Below, piece by piece: positions 27,000 through 41,105 of a stretch of DNA of 64,000 nt. The position numbers and the translations under genes were made by a program. Position 1 is the stretch's first letter. Every line of letters begins with the position of its first letter. Below the pieces are notes generated by a model. The model did not search any database. It saw only the letters and a program-made list of their open reading frames with translations, and was not told where the DNA came from. The stretch is from Paramecium tetraurelia (taxonomy: Eukaryota), in the NCBI GenBank assembly GCA_000165425.1, contig CT868019.1, positions 1-64,000 of the forward strand, read 5' to 3'.

Positions 27000-28500
27000 A
27001 TTAAAAGAAAAGATTGGGAACTTATGAAAAATAAATAAATGGGCTAAGAAAATAATTGATGTATACTTTTGCAATTTTGTTAATAGTCTTCTATTAAGGT
27101 TTTATAACATAAATTAAATATTTAAGATTTTCGCAATTTATTAATTCCAGAATAACTAAGTTTTATTTTATCTTTTTCAGTATACATTTTTATTACAATC
27201 TCCGTTTAAGGATTTGCATTTTTCATCAGTTCAAAGATGAGAAGTAAATGTATCTATTTAGATGTTATCTGTGCCATGTTATCTTAGATTAAAAATGTTA
27301 TTTGGTAATATTACTACAATTAACTCAGAACTTTTTAATAAAATTAACTGAGATTAATTAATTTATCATTAAATAGTATTTTCTAGCCTTTTAATATTTA
27401 ATATTAAAAGAGGGATAATTTATATTAAATTATCAAGGATGTATTTTTAGATTTCAAAAATTTCCTTAAAACAGTCTATGACATTGACAATTATTTGAGA
27501 TGATTGTTTTAGATATGATTCATATAGAACTTATGTTAGAGCTTCTAATTTTTCAAGATAACATCTTCTGACTCTAATATCATAATAAAATTCAATTCTT
27601 CAAACTTATTTAATAATATATGTAGCTTTATTTTCTTCTCCTAAAAGATTAGATCAACACAAAATTCAACATCCTTTATGTCCGTCTTATTCTAATACTC
27701 TTCGTGGATTTTGTAAAGATACAGTAAAAGACTATTATTGGTTTGTCTAACTGATGATTGATTTATGAACTACTTTGTCTTCTCTTCATTAATGAAATAT
27801 CCATAAGTTTTATTCGAGGATATTTATTAAAACTACAAAATCTCTATGCGGAACCTCAAAATAACAAAGGGTTTTGTTATAAGCTTCGGGATCAGTGCTT
27901 CTTCAAATTATTATTTTTTTTACCCCAATTATCATCTCTAAATTTAAATAAAAATGCTGATCTGTGCAAATATTCAATTTTATATATCAAATAACTATAC
28001 GCAATAGACACAGCTATCGTAAGTGTGTACTGTTCTGGCAACAACTACCCAGAATTAAAGTAGTTGGTCAGTATTCTTATAATTGTGTACAAAATGTTAA
28101 CTACAGTTGATGGCACAAAATCTAAGCCGAACCCAATAATTGCATGTACAATTGTAAAATTGCATCCTTTCAAAAATCCGTCATAGGAATCAAACTCAGG
28201 TTCCATCTTATACTCTGATAGGATTATGCCAAAATATATTATAATTAATAATTTGCAAGATAGCTTCCTCTTGATTCTGCTTATTAATAAGCCAAGAATA
28301 AAGGCTATCAATAATGAAAATGTTTAGTATAAATTATGATACATTTTGCTCTAATACTAATTAACAAGTGTTATTATTACTATAATAATACCTCCAAAGC
28401 ATAAGGACTACATCAGAGGAAATTATATCGATTCTAATTTTTCTTTTTAAAATTTTTTTTCTAGTTGTAGATCTTAAAAGTTTAATCGTAATTTGTTCAT
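27000..28500 (-). CDS. Multi-pass membrane protein with a degenerate histidine-kinase-like tail; 3' end approximate
   Basis: MNKLRLNFQDLQLEKKFQKEK, then ~6 hydrophobic segments (includes ORF 28045-28311), one intron near 27900-27925, and LLIFELMKNA resembling an HATPase N-box. Confidence 0.6.
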
Positions 28501-29744
28501 TATATTATTGATTTGGAAATAAGGAAAAAATTAAAGAAAAGATATAATTTTATATTAGGTGTGTTAATGCATAAATATTGAAATGTAAATTTTATTCTTG
28601 CTCAATAATTTAGTGCCTTACAATAATTTAGTATTTCACATCAATTTATATACAAATATTTGTTGAATAATAAATGATTATTCTAAATTTGGATAGTAAA
28701 GAAATTATGAGTTCATAAAATCATAAATGTAGAAAACAAAGGATATCACTGCTAATAATTTCATAAAATGTTTTCGATTTAATTGCAAAATATTAATATG
28801 AAATTTATAAATTTATATTTGAGCTTTTATGCTAACTTAGCAATAAAGATTTTAAACCTTTATTAAAGAATGTGAAATAATGCATTTTAATAAAATTAAT
28901 TAATGTTCAAATTTCAAAAAATAATCCTTTGAAAATTCTAAGGTACACTAGTGTATGTCATATCTCATCCACTATTTTTAAGTTCCATTCTCGAACCCTT
29001 TTAAATCAATATAATTAATCAAATAGAAATCAAGAGAGTGTAAATTCTTTGTAATAAAGAATTTACACTCATTGATTAACAATATTAAATATTTACTAGA
29101 ATAAATGAAAATACATAATCAATTAATTGAAATCACGAAAAAATTGAGTTGATTTATTTCTAGAAATAAAAGTAGTATAATATTAAATATATTAATTATT
29201 ATATAGCAAATAAATATAACAGTAATCAGACGATATATTTTCTTTTTTGCATAAAGCATTTTCTTTTTTATAAATTTGATTATAGTTCGCTTTTTTTTTC
29301 CAATACTTATTATAGTAAGGACTGTGATCTTCTTTAACGAGGTTTTTCATATTTACTTAATTGTGCAATGTTTTTTTTTTGTATATACCTAGCAATTAAA
29401 ATAGTAAATACTTATCTTCTGAACATAAAATACTGTATTTTGCAATTATTTCAAATACATTTGATAACTAGTGCAGCTAAGTAGTTTAGGATGACATAGA
29501 GCCATTTCTTTTATTCATCATTTACATGGTTTATTATATTTATTAATTACTTTTATAAATATCGAAAAGAACATAATTTGTAAATATTAAACGTAACAAG
29601 ATAACTAAAACGATTAGAGCTTCTTTAAATACATGTATCTTAACAATTTCAAATTTAATGATGAAATATAATTAGATATTTAATATAATATATAAAATAA
29701 CAAAATTCAAAACTTATTTTCTAAAAGTAAAACTAAATAAATAA

Positions 29745-31521
29745 TCAAATTTTAACATTTTCATAGAAGATTGAAGTGATTAATTGTAATAATTCATCTT
29801 TATCACTTAGTGCTTAAAGATAATATTGATGTAAGCTTTAGACATCTTCGCTTTGACTTTTATCATCTTCTTTTATCTATTCTTCATTTTATAGTTAAAA
29901 AATTAGAGAATTCATTTTCTCCATTTATTCATTTTATTTTATTAATTGCTTGCATATTAACAAGAAATTCTCATTTTATTATTTCTTAATTTCCTTTAAT
30001 TCTTTGTCTTTTTCTTTAGAATATTGGGCAAAAAATCTATAATTCTAAAATTATTATAAAACTTATTACTTCTTACATAGTAAAATTATCAATATGCCTA
30101 TCTTATGGATATTGATTAACCTTCGTCAAAGAATTTCCTCTCGAATGGAAACCATGCTAAATTGAGTTGACTTATCTTTCCAAATTAGAAATTCTAGTGT
30201 TCTTCTCCGCTATTTGTTACTAAAGCTTAGCTATTGTAATTTCATCGGAATTTTTAAAAGATTAATTAATTATGCTTGGTTGATGATCCAATTTAATTAA
30301 GGATTAATTAAAGTCAAAACAATTTGACTTTGGTGACACCCAAAATTTTTATTCTATATCTAAAATCTGACTATTATTAGAAGATAATAATCCTTATGTT
30401 CTTAGATTTTCTATTTAACTTCTTTTATCTTATTAATTAGAATTTAAATATTCCTCTAATTCTAATTTGTATTTTTCCATCTTCTTTTTATATTAAGTTG
30501 ATTCCTACTCATATTCGTAAAGTTTTTTTTTTAATTTACCTATATCTTATTCATATTGTGATTTTCTACCCACAAGTTTTTTATTTTCTTCTTTCAAAAC
30601 TTAGATTTCTTTTTTAAGGAGTTCAACTGTTCTAATTTCAGAATTATCTTTAGAATCTGGTATTTCATAATCTAATGCTCTTTCTGTAGGTTAATTGGAT
30701 GACAATTGAGACTTTTATTTTTGATTTTTTCTCTTTTTTTTTGATACTTCTTTTTATTGAGTTTCCACTAAATTATTAAGATATTCAATCTATTCCTTAT
30801 TTTTTTCTTAATCTTTGATAAACTCTTCAAATTTAAGCCAAGCTTCCTCAAAATCATTACAAATGACCTTATCTAAAAAAAAGTTAATTTAGTAAGTCAA
30901 TTAATCAATAATTTCCTTATATTCCATAATTTTACTTTGCATTTCAATGAATATATTTTGATAATCTGATTTCATTTATTCGATCTATTTATTTTGTTAT
31001 TGTATTAGATGATCCTTGCTATACAAGTTTTCCTCGAGAGATATAATCACACTAGTGGATTAATACTCCAATTGGCTATAATCTGATAAGCCATTTATTT
31101 CCTACAAATCACATTAGATGAAATTTGCAATCTCTAATTGTTGATACTCAGGACATGATGTCATATATGATATAAATTCCTCTTTTTTCACTTGTATAAG
31201 TGTTTCAAGAAAATATTAGATGAATTTAGTTAATTCTTCATTATTATCACAGAATGCAATGTCTTCACTAAATTCTTTGATTTATAAGTTATTATTTCTT
31301 CTTGTTTTTTGCAAACGATTTATTATTTAGTTCCATAGTAATTTTTTCATATCGGTTTGAAAGCTATGATAAGAATATATTTATTACAATTCATCTTCCA
31401 ATTATGCAAATAGAATTCCATCCTATAAGTCCCTTAGATGATGAATTTACCTTTTAGGATAATTCAATTTGTTAAGCTAAATATATACAGTAATATTTAC
31501 TAAGGCTATGACACTTTTCAT
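29745..31521 (-). CDS. Hook-like protein (CH-like N-terminal domain plus long coiled coil)
   Basis: LRDLQDGILFAQL..DIAFCDNNEELTKFIQYFLETLIQVKKEEFISYM..QQLEIANFIQ; coiled coil; C-terminal ELLQLITSIFYE. One 25 nt intron is required; two possible in-frame 24 nt introns. Confidence 0.65.
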
Positions 31522-31577
31522 AAATTAAATAAAAAATTTTATCAATATAAATTGAAGAAATAAAAATGAAAGTGCAA

Positions 31578-32081
31578 TCAATCATTATACTCTTGGTCTT
31601 AAAAAGACAGGAGTTCCATTTTTTTAGTTAATTTTCCACCTTAATATTATTTATTACTTTATTTAGCTTCTATCTACATTTATTCGAATTTTTCTTATAA
31701 ATCGTTCTATTTCAATTTTAAAAATTTAGCTGCTTCCTATTAAGCCTCATTTTAATCGTAATTGACATCTGATAAATTATAATAATCAAAATTCTGATAA
31801 GGAGTATTTATACTAGAATCTATTTAGCAAGGTTCATAAATGTCTGGTTTGCATTAACTAGATTTTAATTAATTGTCGAGCTAATCAAATAAACTTAACA
31901 ATCCTTATTATTTTTCTCTAAATTAATTAGACACTTAGCCATTTACTGGTATGAGTTATTTAGATTAATGATATAATTCCATTAACTCATTTATAGTTCT
32001 TTGATCTTTGATATCGAAATAGTCTTCAGAAATCTCAGGAAAACTAGGAACATCATCTGAATAAATATTCTTTCCAAACAT
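31578..32081 (-). CDS. Hypothetical protein, 167 aa
   Basis: Open code-6 frame MFGKNIYSDDVPSFPEISEDYF..QEYND-TGA, 504 nt. Confidence 0.65.
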
Positions 32082-32851
32082 CTCAATAATAATTTAAATA
32101 AAATAGAAGTTTTTGTTTTAATTATAAAATATATTTCTTAAAATTAGAGTCTTTAAGTAATTTAGCCATTATCAAATTCTGATCTACCATTAAGAAACTG
32201 ATTACCTTTCCAGGTACTCTCCAAAGGAATTTAAGAGTATAATAGCTTCTCGAAAATTATATTTACAAATTGCAAAATTGAGAAATAAAAATTAGCTATT
32301 AACAGGGGATCAATAAAGTAATAAAGCTTGAAGAAAAAGAGAGATTATTAAATAAATTAATTGAATAATACTACTTGGATGATAAGGGATATAAAAATAT
32401 TTGATAGGAAATATTAATAATCAGTTGTCTAAAAAATAGAAAATAAAGTAGCAGAGATAAAATCAGAAAATACTAGTATAAAAATGTCGCTTTTCCAAGT
32501 GTTTATTGAATTGAACATGTAGCATCCGGATATAAAATAATTAAGCGAATGATTAGAACAATTTATTAAAATTTAGAATTTTCAATTTGAATGTGTACAA
32601 CTTAGTTAAAAACTTTACTTAAGTATATCAATTAAATAGCTGCATCCACTTGATAGAACTTACTACTATGTATTGAAGGGATAATGTAATAAAACAGGAT
32701 CTATCTGAAATTTTAAAGATTTGTATAACAATTGTTTGATTAAATTGTTCTTAAAGGAAACAAAGATATTATTATACCCAGTGCTAATGATTTCGGTTTT
32801 AATTAAGTTTGATAATTGAAATTCCATTAATTATTTATAATTATTAAATTA

Positions 32852-35800
32852 ATGAGTGACTCAATAGACCAATTTAATTAGTAATCCTGCTTTTAAGAGG
32901 ATAATTTTCAAGGGCCCAATTTAATGATGGTTTCTGAAAGAATTTTATTAGGTGATGGAGATCTCTATTAAAAATCACCAGATAGTAACTCATACACTAT
33001 TCGTGATCCATCAAAAATATAAGATCTTAGCAAAGAATTGGTCGAAGCTGTTCCAATAGATATGCGCAAATCATAGAAGGGATTGAGAAAGTCAGAATAT
33101 TAATCAGCTTATGCGATTGAGGAGGAATTGGAAATTAGTGGTAAACCTCAATTTTTAAAACTAATCATCTCTAAAAGTCTACAAAATAACTTCATCAATA
33201 ATTTATGGAATAGAAGTTATTTAAGAAAATTACATCAGCTAACACCTTTTTAAGTTGAAGCATTAGACGATTTATAATTTGAAAATGAAATTTTCTAGGA
33301 GGGAGATGATAATAAAAAGGAAATCAATATTTGGGAAATAATTAAAAAGTTCTTTATCTAATTAGACGTGTTCACACCATATAGCAAATTCATTTTTATT
33401 TGGGATTTGTTTTAGATCTTCACTTATGTGTTGATATTTTTTTGGTTGCCTTACAAGATTTCATTTTAATTGGATTCCTTAGGATAATTATTAAACTACA
33501 AACCGAACAATCAAATGATAGAGATTATTTTATTGACCATATTAAGTTTTGATGTCGTAGTTGGGTTGAATTTAGCCTTTATTCATAAGGGGATTATAAT
33601 AACGGACAGAAAGAGAATCATAATTAATTATTTTAAGCAATATGCATTTGTAGACCTTGTAAATATAAAGATGTATATTAGTAAATAAGGTTTCAATAAG
33701 TACTGTGACAATTCAATTCTTCATATTAAATGACAGCTAGCAAGATCATAATATCGACAATGACTTGACTTTACAAATAATATTTTGTGTCATATTTTAT
33801 ATATTAAGAATGACAAAAATAAATAAGATATTAGCATAAATACAAGAGTAAATATTAAATAATATTATAGATTTTTCAATTTAAATGGATCCTTGAATGA
33901 CTTAGTTGGATTGCTAAAATTGACGATGATAATTTTATTCATTGCTCATATATGTGCTTGTGTTTGGCATGGAGTAGCCTTCTATAATGATTCTTATTCT
34001 TGGTTAGATGCTTATAATTTGAGAGATTCAGGAAATGCATCAAAGTACAATAGAGCAATATACTGGGCTACAATGACAATGACGACAGTTGGATATGGAG
34101 ATATAACTGCAAAAAACAATGTAGAATTATTGATTAATAATCTGACGATGTTTATAGCCTCAATAGTTTTTGCTTATTCAGTAAATAGTATAGGAATATT
34201 TGTGTCAAATATGTATAAAGGAACTATGGAATACAGTAGAAGTGTTACTCTAATTAATACTTTTATGTCTAAAAATAAGATTTAATTTTAGCTTCAGACA
34301 AGAATTAGGAGTTATTTGGAATATATTTGGTAGGAGGAACAAAATATGAATGATGATGAAGTTTCTTAAATCATTTGTAAATTAAGCAGTCATTTATAAG
34401 ATGAACTCTAATTTTAATTAAGAGGAAATATACTCAGGAATTGTAAAGTTATGGTCAAGATATTTTCTGAAAAAATGATCAAATGTTTATTAGGATAAAT
34501 GGAAGAATAGAGTTTTTCACCTGAAGAGAGGATTATTACTATCAATTAAATTGATGATGGTTGTTTGTATATAATTACTAAAGGAGAAATCGAATTGATA
34601 TTTGAAGGCATGAACAGTCTCAATGAAAGAGTGAAAAGAAACAGTTTGAAATATCTATCTTAAGGTGATTTCTTTGGTGAACTTTCATTTTTTACAGGAG
34701 AACCGAGAAAATGCACAGCCATTTCAAGAGGATTCACAAAAGTATTTAAAATAAGAAGAGAAAACTTTTTGAAGGTGTTGTCTTCATTTCCTAATGATTA
34801 TGAAAAGTTTTGTGAAGTGAAACATTAATTGAAATAAGGAGATTTTAATTCTTTGTAGATTTAATGTTATAGTTGTCAAAGTACTTCTCATTTAATTGAT
34901 TCTTGCAATTATCTCCATTTTTGTGCAGACAAGGAAGCAATTCTTAAAAAAGAACTTTACCCTCATCATTAATATCGTTCTCGATTAGTTAGTAGAGGGG
35001 CAAAGGCTTTTAAACACAAGTGGGATCAATATAAATATTTAATCTAAAGAGCTAAAGACTTTTAAACTGATTTTTATTAATAACCAACTGATAATGAGAA
35101 TGATGAAATTGAACAGCCTTCACAAATTGCCAATGATAACTACACTTATGAAGATGAATCTAAAAGTATGAAATTAATAATTATTATCCCTAGTGGAGAT
35201 TGATGTACCATCCACACTTAATCAAAGAAGTAACTCAAGATCATTAAGTAGAGTGAGTTAGAAACCAAATCAAATAATCATAGAAGAAGATGAAGATTAA
35301 AAATTATATACGAGAAAGGTAGTTAATCCAAGGGGAACTTTACAAACAGCTGGATTTGGAAATGCAAGCCTAAGGGAAAGCAAAAAGTTTGATTTAGGGA
35401 AGGATTATGAAATTGAATAAGCCATTTCTGAAGAATCTTCATCAGAGGAAAAAGATTAAATTATCATTTCCTAAGCTACTTAGAAGCCAAGTTAAGACAG
35501 AACTCAAAAACAAAAAATTACCTTCATTAGAAATCAATCATCAGAGGACATAGTGCCTAGACAAGCTTCTCTTCGTTCAAGGACTTTTACTCAAAATAAA
35601 TTATAATTAGATATCTTGAAAAGAAGCGCAACACCAGATAAGTTGAGTTCAGATATTGAGATATCTCCTAATTACAATATTACAAAGAGGTTGGCAGGGA
35701 AGAAACATTCAACGACTAAGACTTTTACAAAACAAGTCTATGAGGCTACAGAAGGCAATTAGAATTTGACTTCTATGATGGATAACTAAACTTACTTAGC

Positions 35801-36173
35801 GATTATACCTCAAATATATTCTCAATTTGATAAGATGTAGATATTTACTCATTTTTTTCCATTTAGTAATTACGATATTGTAATCAAAAGATATTAGAAA
35901 ATCTAGAAGTATTTCGGTAAGAAAAGATAGTATCCTGAGGCTTCGAAGTATTCATTTTTTTTTATGACAATTAAGAAAGGGTGGAAATTGAGAAAGTTGG
36001 GGCAAAAGTTATAGGGATTGAAACTAGTTGAAACAATAAAGAAGCCATTTGTAAAAACTATATAAAGTGGCAAATATAATAAAACTAAGAATATATTAAA
36101 TAATCTTGGGAATAATGGATAAATAATTCCTTATTTGAAAAATGGATAAATAATATAGGAAGAAAAGTTATGA
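32852..36173 (+). CDS. Cyclic-nucleotide-binding-domain (EAG/HCN-like) 6TM K+ channel
   Basis: FTPYSKFIFIWD, IAHICACVWHGV, pore YWATMTMTTVGYGDI, C-linker RIRSYLEY, CNBD GDFFGELSFFTGEPRKCTA; three short introns (near 33659, 33848, 35166). Confidence 0.95.
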
Positions 36174-36216
36174 GAATAATCATATTTTGAATGAACATAG
36201 TATTATGTTAGATTTA

Positions 36217-37079
36217 TCAAAAATTTCTCTTTTTTTTTTTTGATATTTTTTATTTTCTCGAATTTTAATACCTTAATCATCAATCAATTGAAAATTTCTA
36301 TTCAATTTAATTTAATTTAGATATTTATGATTAACTTCTTGAGTCTCTTTAATTTTGTTTAATAGTTTTTATTTAGATTAACACTATTATTCGTTTTCAA
36401 CAAAACCAGTTAATTGTGGCTCTTGAGACTGTTTTGTTCTATTATTTCTTAAGTAACCCTATTATTTCAAATAGACTTTTAAGTTATTCTGTTCATCCTA
36501 AAGATACAAAAATATTCTTACGTTTCGATTTTGATCATGCGAGATTCTTGTTCTCAGAACTAGACTATGTTAAATTTTTCTTTATAAGTTTTGAATGTCC
36601 CTATCATCGTCGCTCATTATTTCCAGCTATTTATTCTATTGATTAAGGGAGTCCAAAGAACTGAAATAGCGACTTCGGCATGAGGATGCTTATTGTTAGG
36701 TAAAATCCTTTTTATGCGACAGGGTTTAAGTGACAAAATTCTGGATTGATTAAGGACTTGATAGCGGACTTCGAGAATTCTATATGTTTTTTTTGAGAAA
36801 TTAGCTAATGACCATTTACATTTAGAATCTTTAGTTTATGGTATTTTCATCTTCATCAGGATTTTTGTATTTCTTGACTATTTTGCTAAAGGTTTGAGCA
36901 CACTTTTAGATTTTGGAGAAATCGTTAACTTTAATGATTTCTTATCTTCGATCTATGATGGAATCAATTAATTTCAATCTATCCTTATAGGTTTGAAGAG
37001 ATTCAACTGCCTTCTTAATTTAGGATTTCGAGAAAACATCGGAAATTTTGTTATAGGTACTTTTTAAATTATTATTCAT
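36217..37079 (-). CDS. Hypothetical protein; 3' end uncertain (poly-A run)
   Basis: Long TGA-free frame from MNNNLKSTYNKISDVFSKSQIKKAVESLQTYKDRL. Confidence 0.6.
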
Positions 37080-37132
37080 GAAATAAATTAGTTATATTAT
37101 TGTACTAAATTCTATATATAGCAATCATCATT

Positions 37133-38811
37133 TCAGTTTCCTCCAAAAGAGTTTCCTGCTTGATATTATTTATGACTGGAATTATTATTGTTCTTATGAT
37201 TTTCATCATCAATTAAGTTTTCATCTGCTCCCGCATCATCATCCTCATCTTAGACCTTGTCAGGATCAAAAAGACCTAAATCATCTGGATTGACCTCAGT
37301 GTATGGGTGTGGAAACCCTTTTTCAATTTAATCTGAAGGAGAAACAAATGATTTTTTCAAGGCCAACTTATGTTTAACTTCCTTAAGAAATAGAATGCTC
37401 AAAATAGCTAAGGTATATAAAGAACAAGTTATAGTAATACCCATAAATCCATCAAACCTAAGATATTATAAACGCAGAATATTTACTTGGTGGCATCCTT
37501 TCCGTGAATGACCATGCTAACTATTTGAGCAATAAACGAACTTCCCATAGTAGCTCCTGAATATTGTAGTCCTATACAGAAGGAGTCATTCAATGGATAT
37601 ATTTATTCGCAACCCCATTCCAATAATAAAGGAATCGCAGGCAATATAAAAAATCCTTACAAAGTAGCCATTGCAAGCATCATTACATAGTTTTGCAAGT
37701 AACATCCCCACAAAAATCCATAAAAGGTTAATATAGTGCAAGATTCTAGAATAATAATAATAGGCTTGTATTTCCCCCAGCTTTTATATATTGTAGGAAT
37801 GATCAATGAACTAAGAAATCCTCCGATGACTGGCATCACTGATAAAATGGCAATATCAGATTTACCATACCCATACGGCATCAAAATGTATACCAGAGCC
37901 ACTCCATATCCCTTGTAAGAGCCATAAAACAAAGTGAAGGAAGTAAATATCTGGATCTACAATATAGAATTAGTTATTTTACAAATTTAGTATCCTTTAA
38001 CATCTAGCAAATGCTATCGCTGAATGAGATTATTTGAGATGATCCTTTGGCAGCAGCCGATGGAGGAGTTTTGGGTTTGGTTTCAAAGAAGATCAAGAGT
38101 GGAATTAGGAACACTGCAGAGAACAATGCTTCTGAAAACAGCAGATACATAAATCTTGAATCTCCTGTGTCAAGTGCATCTTAAGTTGAATACTTATCAA
38201 TGGTAACTCCTGCAAAAAATATAGGTGGTATTATATATCCTAGTATTCCACTAAAAGTGACTATGAAATTCAACATAGTCATCAATTTAGTTCTCTGATT
38301 GGATGGAAACCATTCTACTGCAACTGAAGCCTAAGCGTTGAGAATTAAGGGCCTGCCCATTCCACATAATGTTTAACCAATTAAGACATATATGAATCTA
38401 AATTTATTTTAAAGTTCTTACGACTATCTAACTAAGCATCTTGAAAAAACTCCAAGCAAAGTCAAAATAGCACCTACTTTCACAGACATGCTACTTCCCT
38501 TATACATAATCAAGTAACTAGCCGGAAAAGTAAATAGTGGATGCATAAATAAATATAAAGTTGCAGAAAGAGTGATAACCGAAGTATCTTCACCATAGAT
38601 GTAACTTAACTTTATTGAATTATACAATTTTTACTTCAATCGCTATAGGATTGCAAGTGGCATAGACTGCTGTATTACATAATTCAGCCATTGTGAACAA
38701 AAATAATATCGCATATCTCTTTTAATACAGTCGATATCCCTATGACACACTTGATTTAAGATCATCCGAATTGTTCATTGGATCTGATTGATCAGGACTT
38801 TAATCCTTCAT
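37133..38811 (-). CDS. MFS transporter, FLVCR/SLC49-like
   Basis: YRLYQKRYAILFLF..NTAVYATCNPIA, GQTLCGMGRPLILNAQASVAVEWFPSNQR, KPKTPPSAAA; many TM segments and several short introns. Confidence 0.9.
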
Positions 38812-38882
38812 AAATTTTTATAATAAATTTTATTTTTTAACTCTTAAATCATTTAAGTAAATATGTTTAAATTATTTATAAA

Positions 38883-41015
38883 TCATAATTCATCATGTTA
38901 ATTCATTAATTCGTCAATAAATTATTTCATCTGATTTGCTAATCTTTATTTATTATATTTTATTTATTCCACTGAATTTCCATCTTTATAAAATAAAATT
39001 AACGTTGGGAATCCACCAATACTTACAGTTGGAACCTGATGTTGAGTCCAATCCATCTCCGCTATCAACACATCCTTACTCCCTCTGTATAATGTTGCCA
39101 ACTACTCAAACTCTTTAGCCATACTCTTACAATGTCCACACCAAGGAGCATAAAATTTCACTAGAACATGCTACTTACTCTTTATCACAATATCCTGGAA
39201 TGACTCAGAGGTTACACCTATTACTTTTCCGTTATTGATGAAAGTTCCGTAATTATTTTTTATTCTCAATTATTCATTGATAAATTCTACTAATTTTTCT
39301 ATTGATCTCTATTATGAATCATATTTTATAATCTCTCTTCCTTTTGCACTAATAAAAAATATAGAAGGATAAGAATTCATATTAAATCCTTCAAATTAAT
39401 GCTTTGTAGCATCTGTTCTACAGAATATTAATTTATCTTAAAAAAGAGGAGTTAATTATTCAAATAAGAGGTTAGCTGCTTTGGAGTGTTCACTATTTGG
39501 GGAATAAAATAAGAAAAGCACTGGTTTGTCATTATTCAAAATCAATTTATCAAAATTTGTATTATTTATTTCGTTACCGGATGTTTAAGGAAATGACCCT
39601 GACTAAAATTTAGTAAATGGAATATGTTCTTCAATGTATAAGGAAATGGCCTCTGTTGACAATTCTCCTTTGTATATCACCAAATTCACCAGTCCATCTT
39701 ATTTCAAATAGATATAAACAGAAGGTACTTCTTCAACTATTATTTCCCTTATTGGCTTTACACTTCTGTTTTACTTTGCAAAAACCAAATTGTTTCTGTG
39801 TTGATATTTAATTGATAAATCAGAAAATGCATCACTAAAACCAAAGCATAGATCACAAGCATTCATATCATTAAATAAGATAACATGATTTGGATTTTGA
39901 TTAATTTATATCTAATAGTTTAAAGGAGTCAAATCATGAACATAGCCATCTCCTTCCCAAAATGGTTCCTAATATATTTATATTTATTCAACTATCTTTC
40001 TGAATGTAGGAATTGAACCTTCATCATATGGCAAGTTTATTGTAAACTTTGTATAAAAATTATAATAGTAAATTCTCTTGTATTCTAATGATTGACCAAC
40101 AAAATATTAGAACCTTCTTAAAGTCAACTCATTTTTTGTATCAATCAACACAAACCTCAACTTACCCTTGAATTCAGCTGCAACTATCTCATAATAACTT
40201 TTTATATAGTCATTAAATTGATTGGGATTCAACACCATACCAATTAATGGAATTTCTTCAGCTTCTGCTTTTTTAAATTCTTCCTCAGTCAAAGAAAACA
40301 CCAAAGGATACGCATTTTTTTCAATGAAATCTTAAAACTCTTCTAGTTTTCCATTAAAATATATTTCCTTAGGGAAAGCCTTATTGGTTATAAAGGCTTC
40401 ATGGTGTTTAGGGTTGATCTATTGATTAATTATGCCGAATTTAATTTAAGGCATTTTTATGGCAATATCAGCTATCTCATTAGTAGTATAATAGGATAGG
40501 ACTGCAATATTGGACCTTTTGATGAATAAGTCAATCTAATAGTCATATCACTTTAAATACTTCTTTTTATAAATTCAATTAGGTGATTAAGCCGTACTGA
40601 TTTTGTAACGCATACTCGAATAATAATTCCAAGTCTTCATCATTAGGGAATACAGATTTTTCACCCTCATTATACAAATAAGCAGCTGGATATGATTAAC
40701 TATTCATTCTAATTGAAAGTGCTCGATTTTCACATGCTATTACTTCAGCTACATATATTTCGTATTCTTTTAATCTTTTCGCCAATTCGATGAAAGTGGA
40801 TTTTACCTTTAAGCTAAAATAGAATTGATTTGATACCACAAATTACAACCATATGTTGTAAATAGAACAATTAATTTTGGATATTTTGCAATTGCATAAT
40901 CGTAATTGTTTCTATCCAATAATAATAGACCATCATTTTCATCTATTTTTTCTTTGAGTCTGCTCTAGCAATCAATAGAAAGGAACAAAATAAACAAAAT
41001 GGTAATCACTTTCAT
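38883..41015 (-). CDS. Protein disulfide isomerase family protein with signal peptide and C-terminal HDEL
   Basis: MKVITILFILFLSIDC; GCNLC; ACDLC; YSPNSEHSK; HVLVKFYAPWCGHCK..GFPTL; ends QHDEL-TGA. Confidence 0.93.
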
Positions 41016-41105
41016 TTTTTATTAGTATTAGTAATTTTAATTTAAAATATAAATTCCTATTTTGAAAGGAGATTTAAAATATTCTGAATTTATTAATATT
41101 CATAA

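Noticed and set aside
28550..29700. Long spacers (also ~26300-26900, 32150-32800, 55450-56150, 57700-58300, 62600-64000) that could hide genes or ncRNAs
   Set aside because: No consistent ATG-to-TGA model or stable structure seen; probably decayed genes, but not supportable here.
36114..36154. 14 nt direct repeat AATGGATAAATAAT in the channel tail
   Set aside because: In-frame micro-duplication (NGQII twice); only two copies, not an array.
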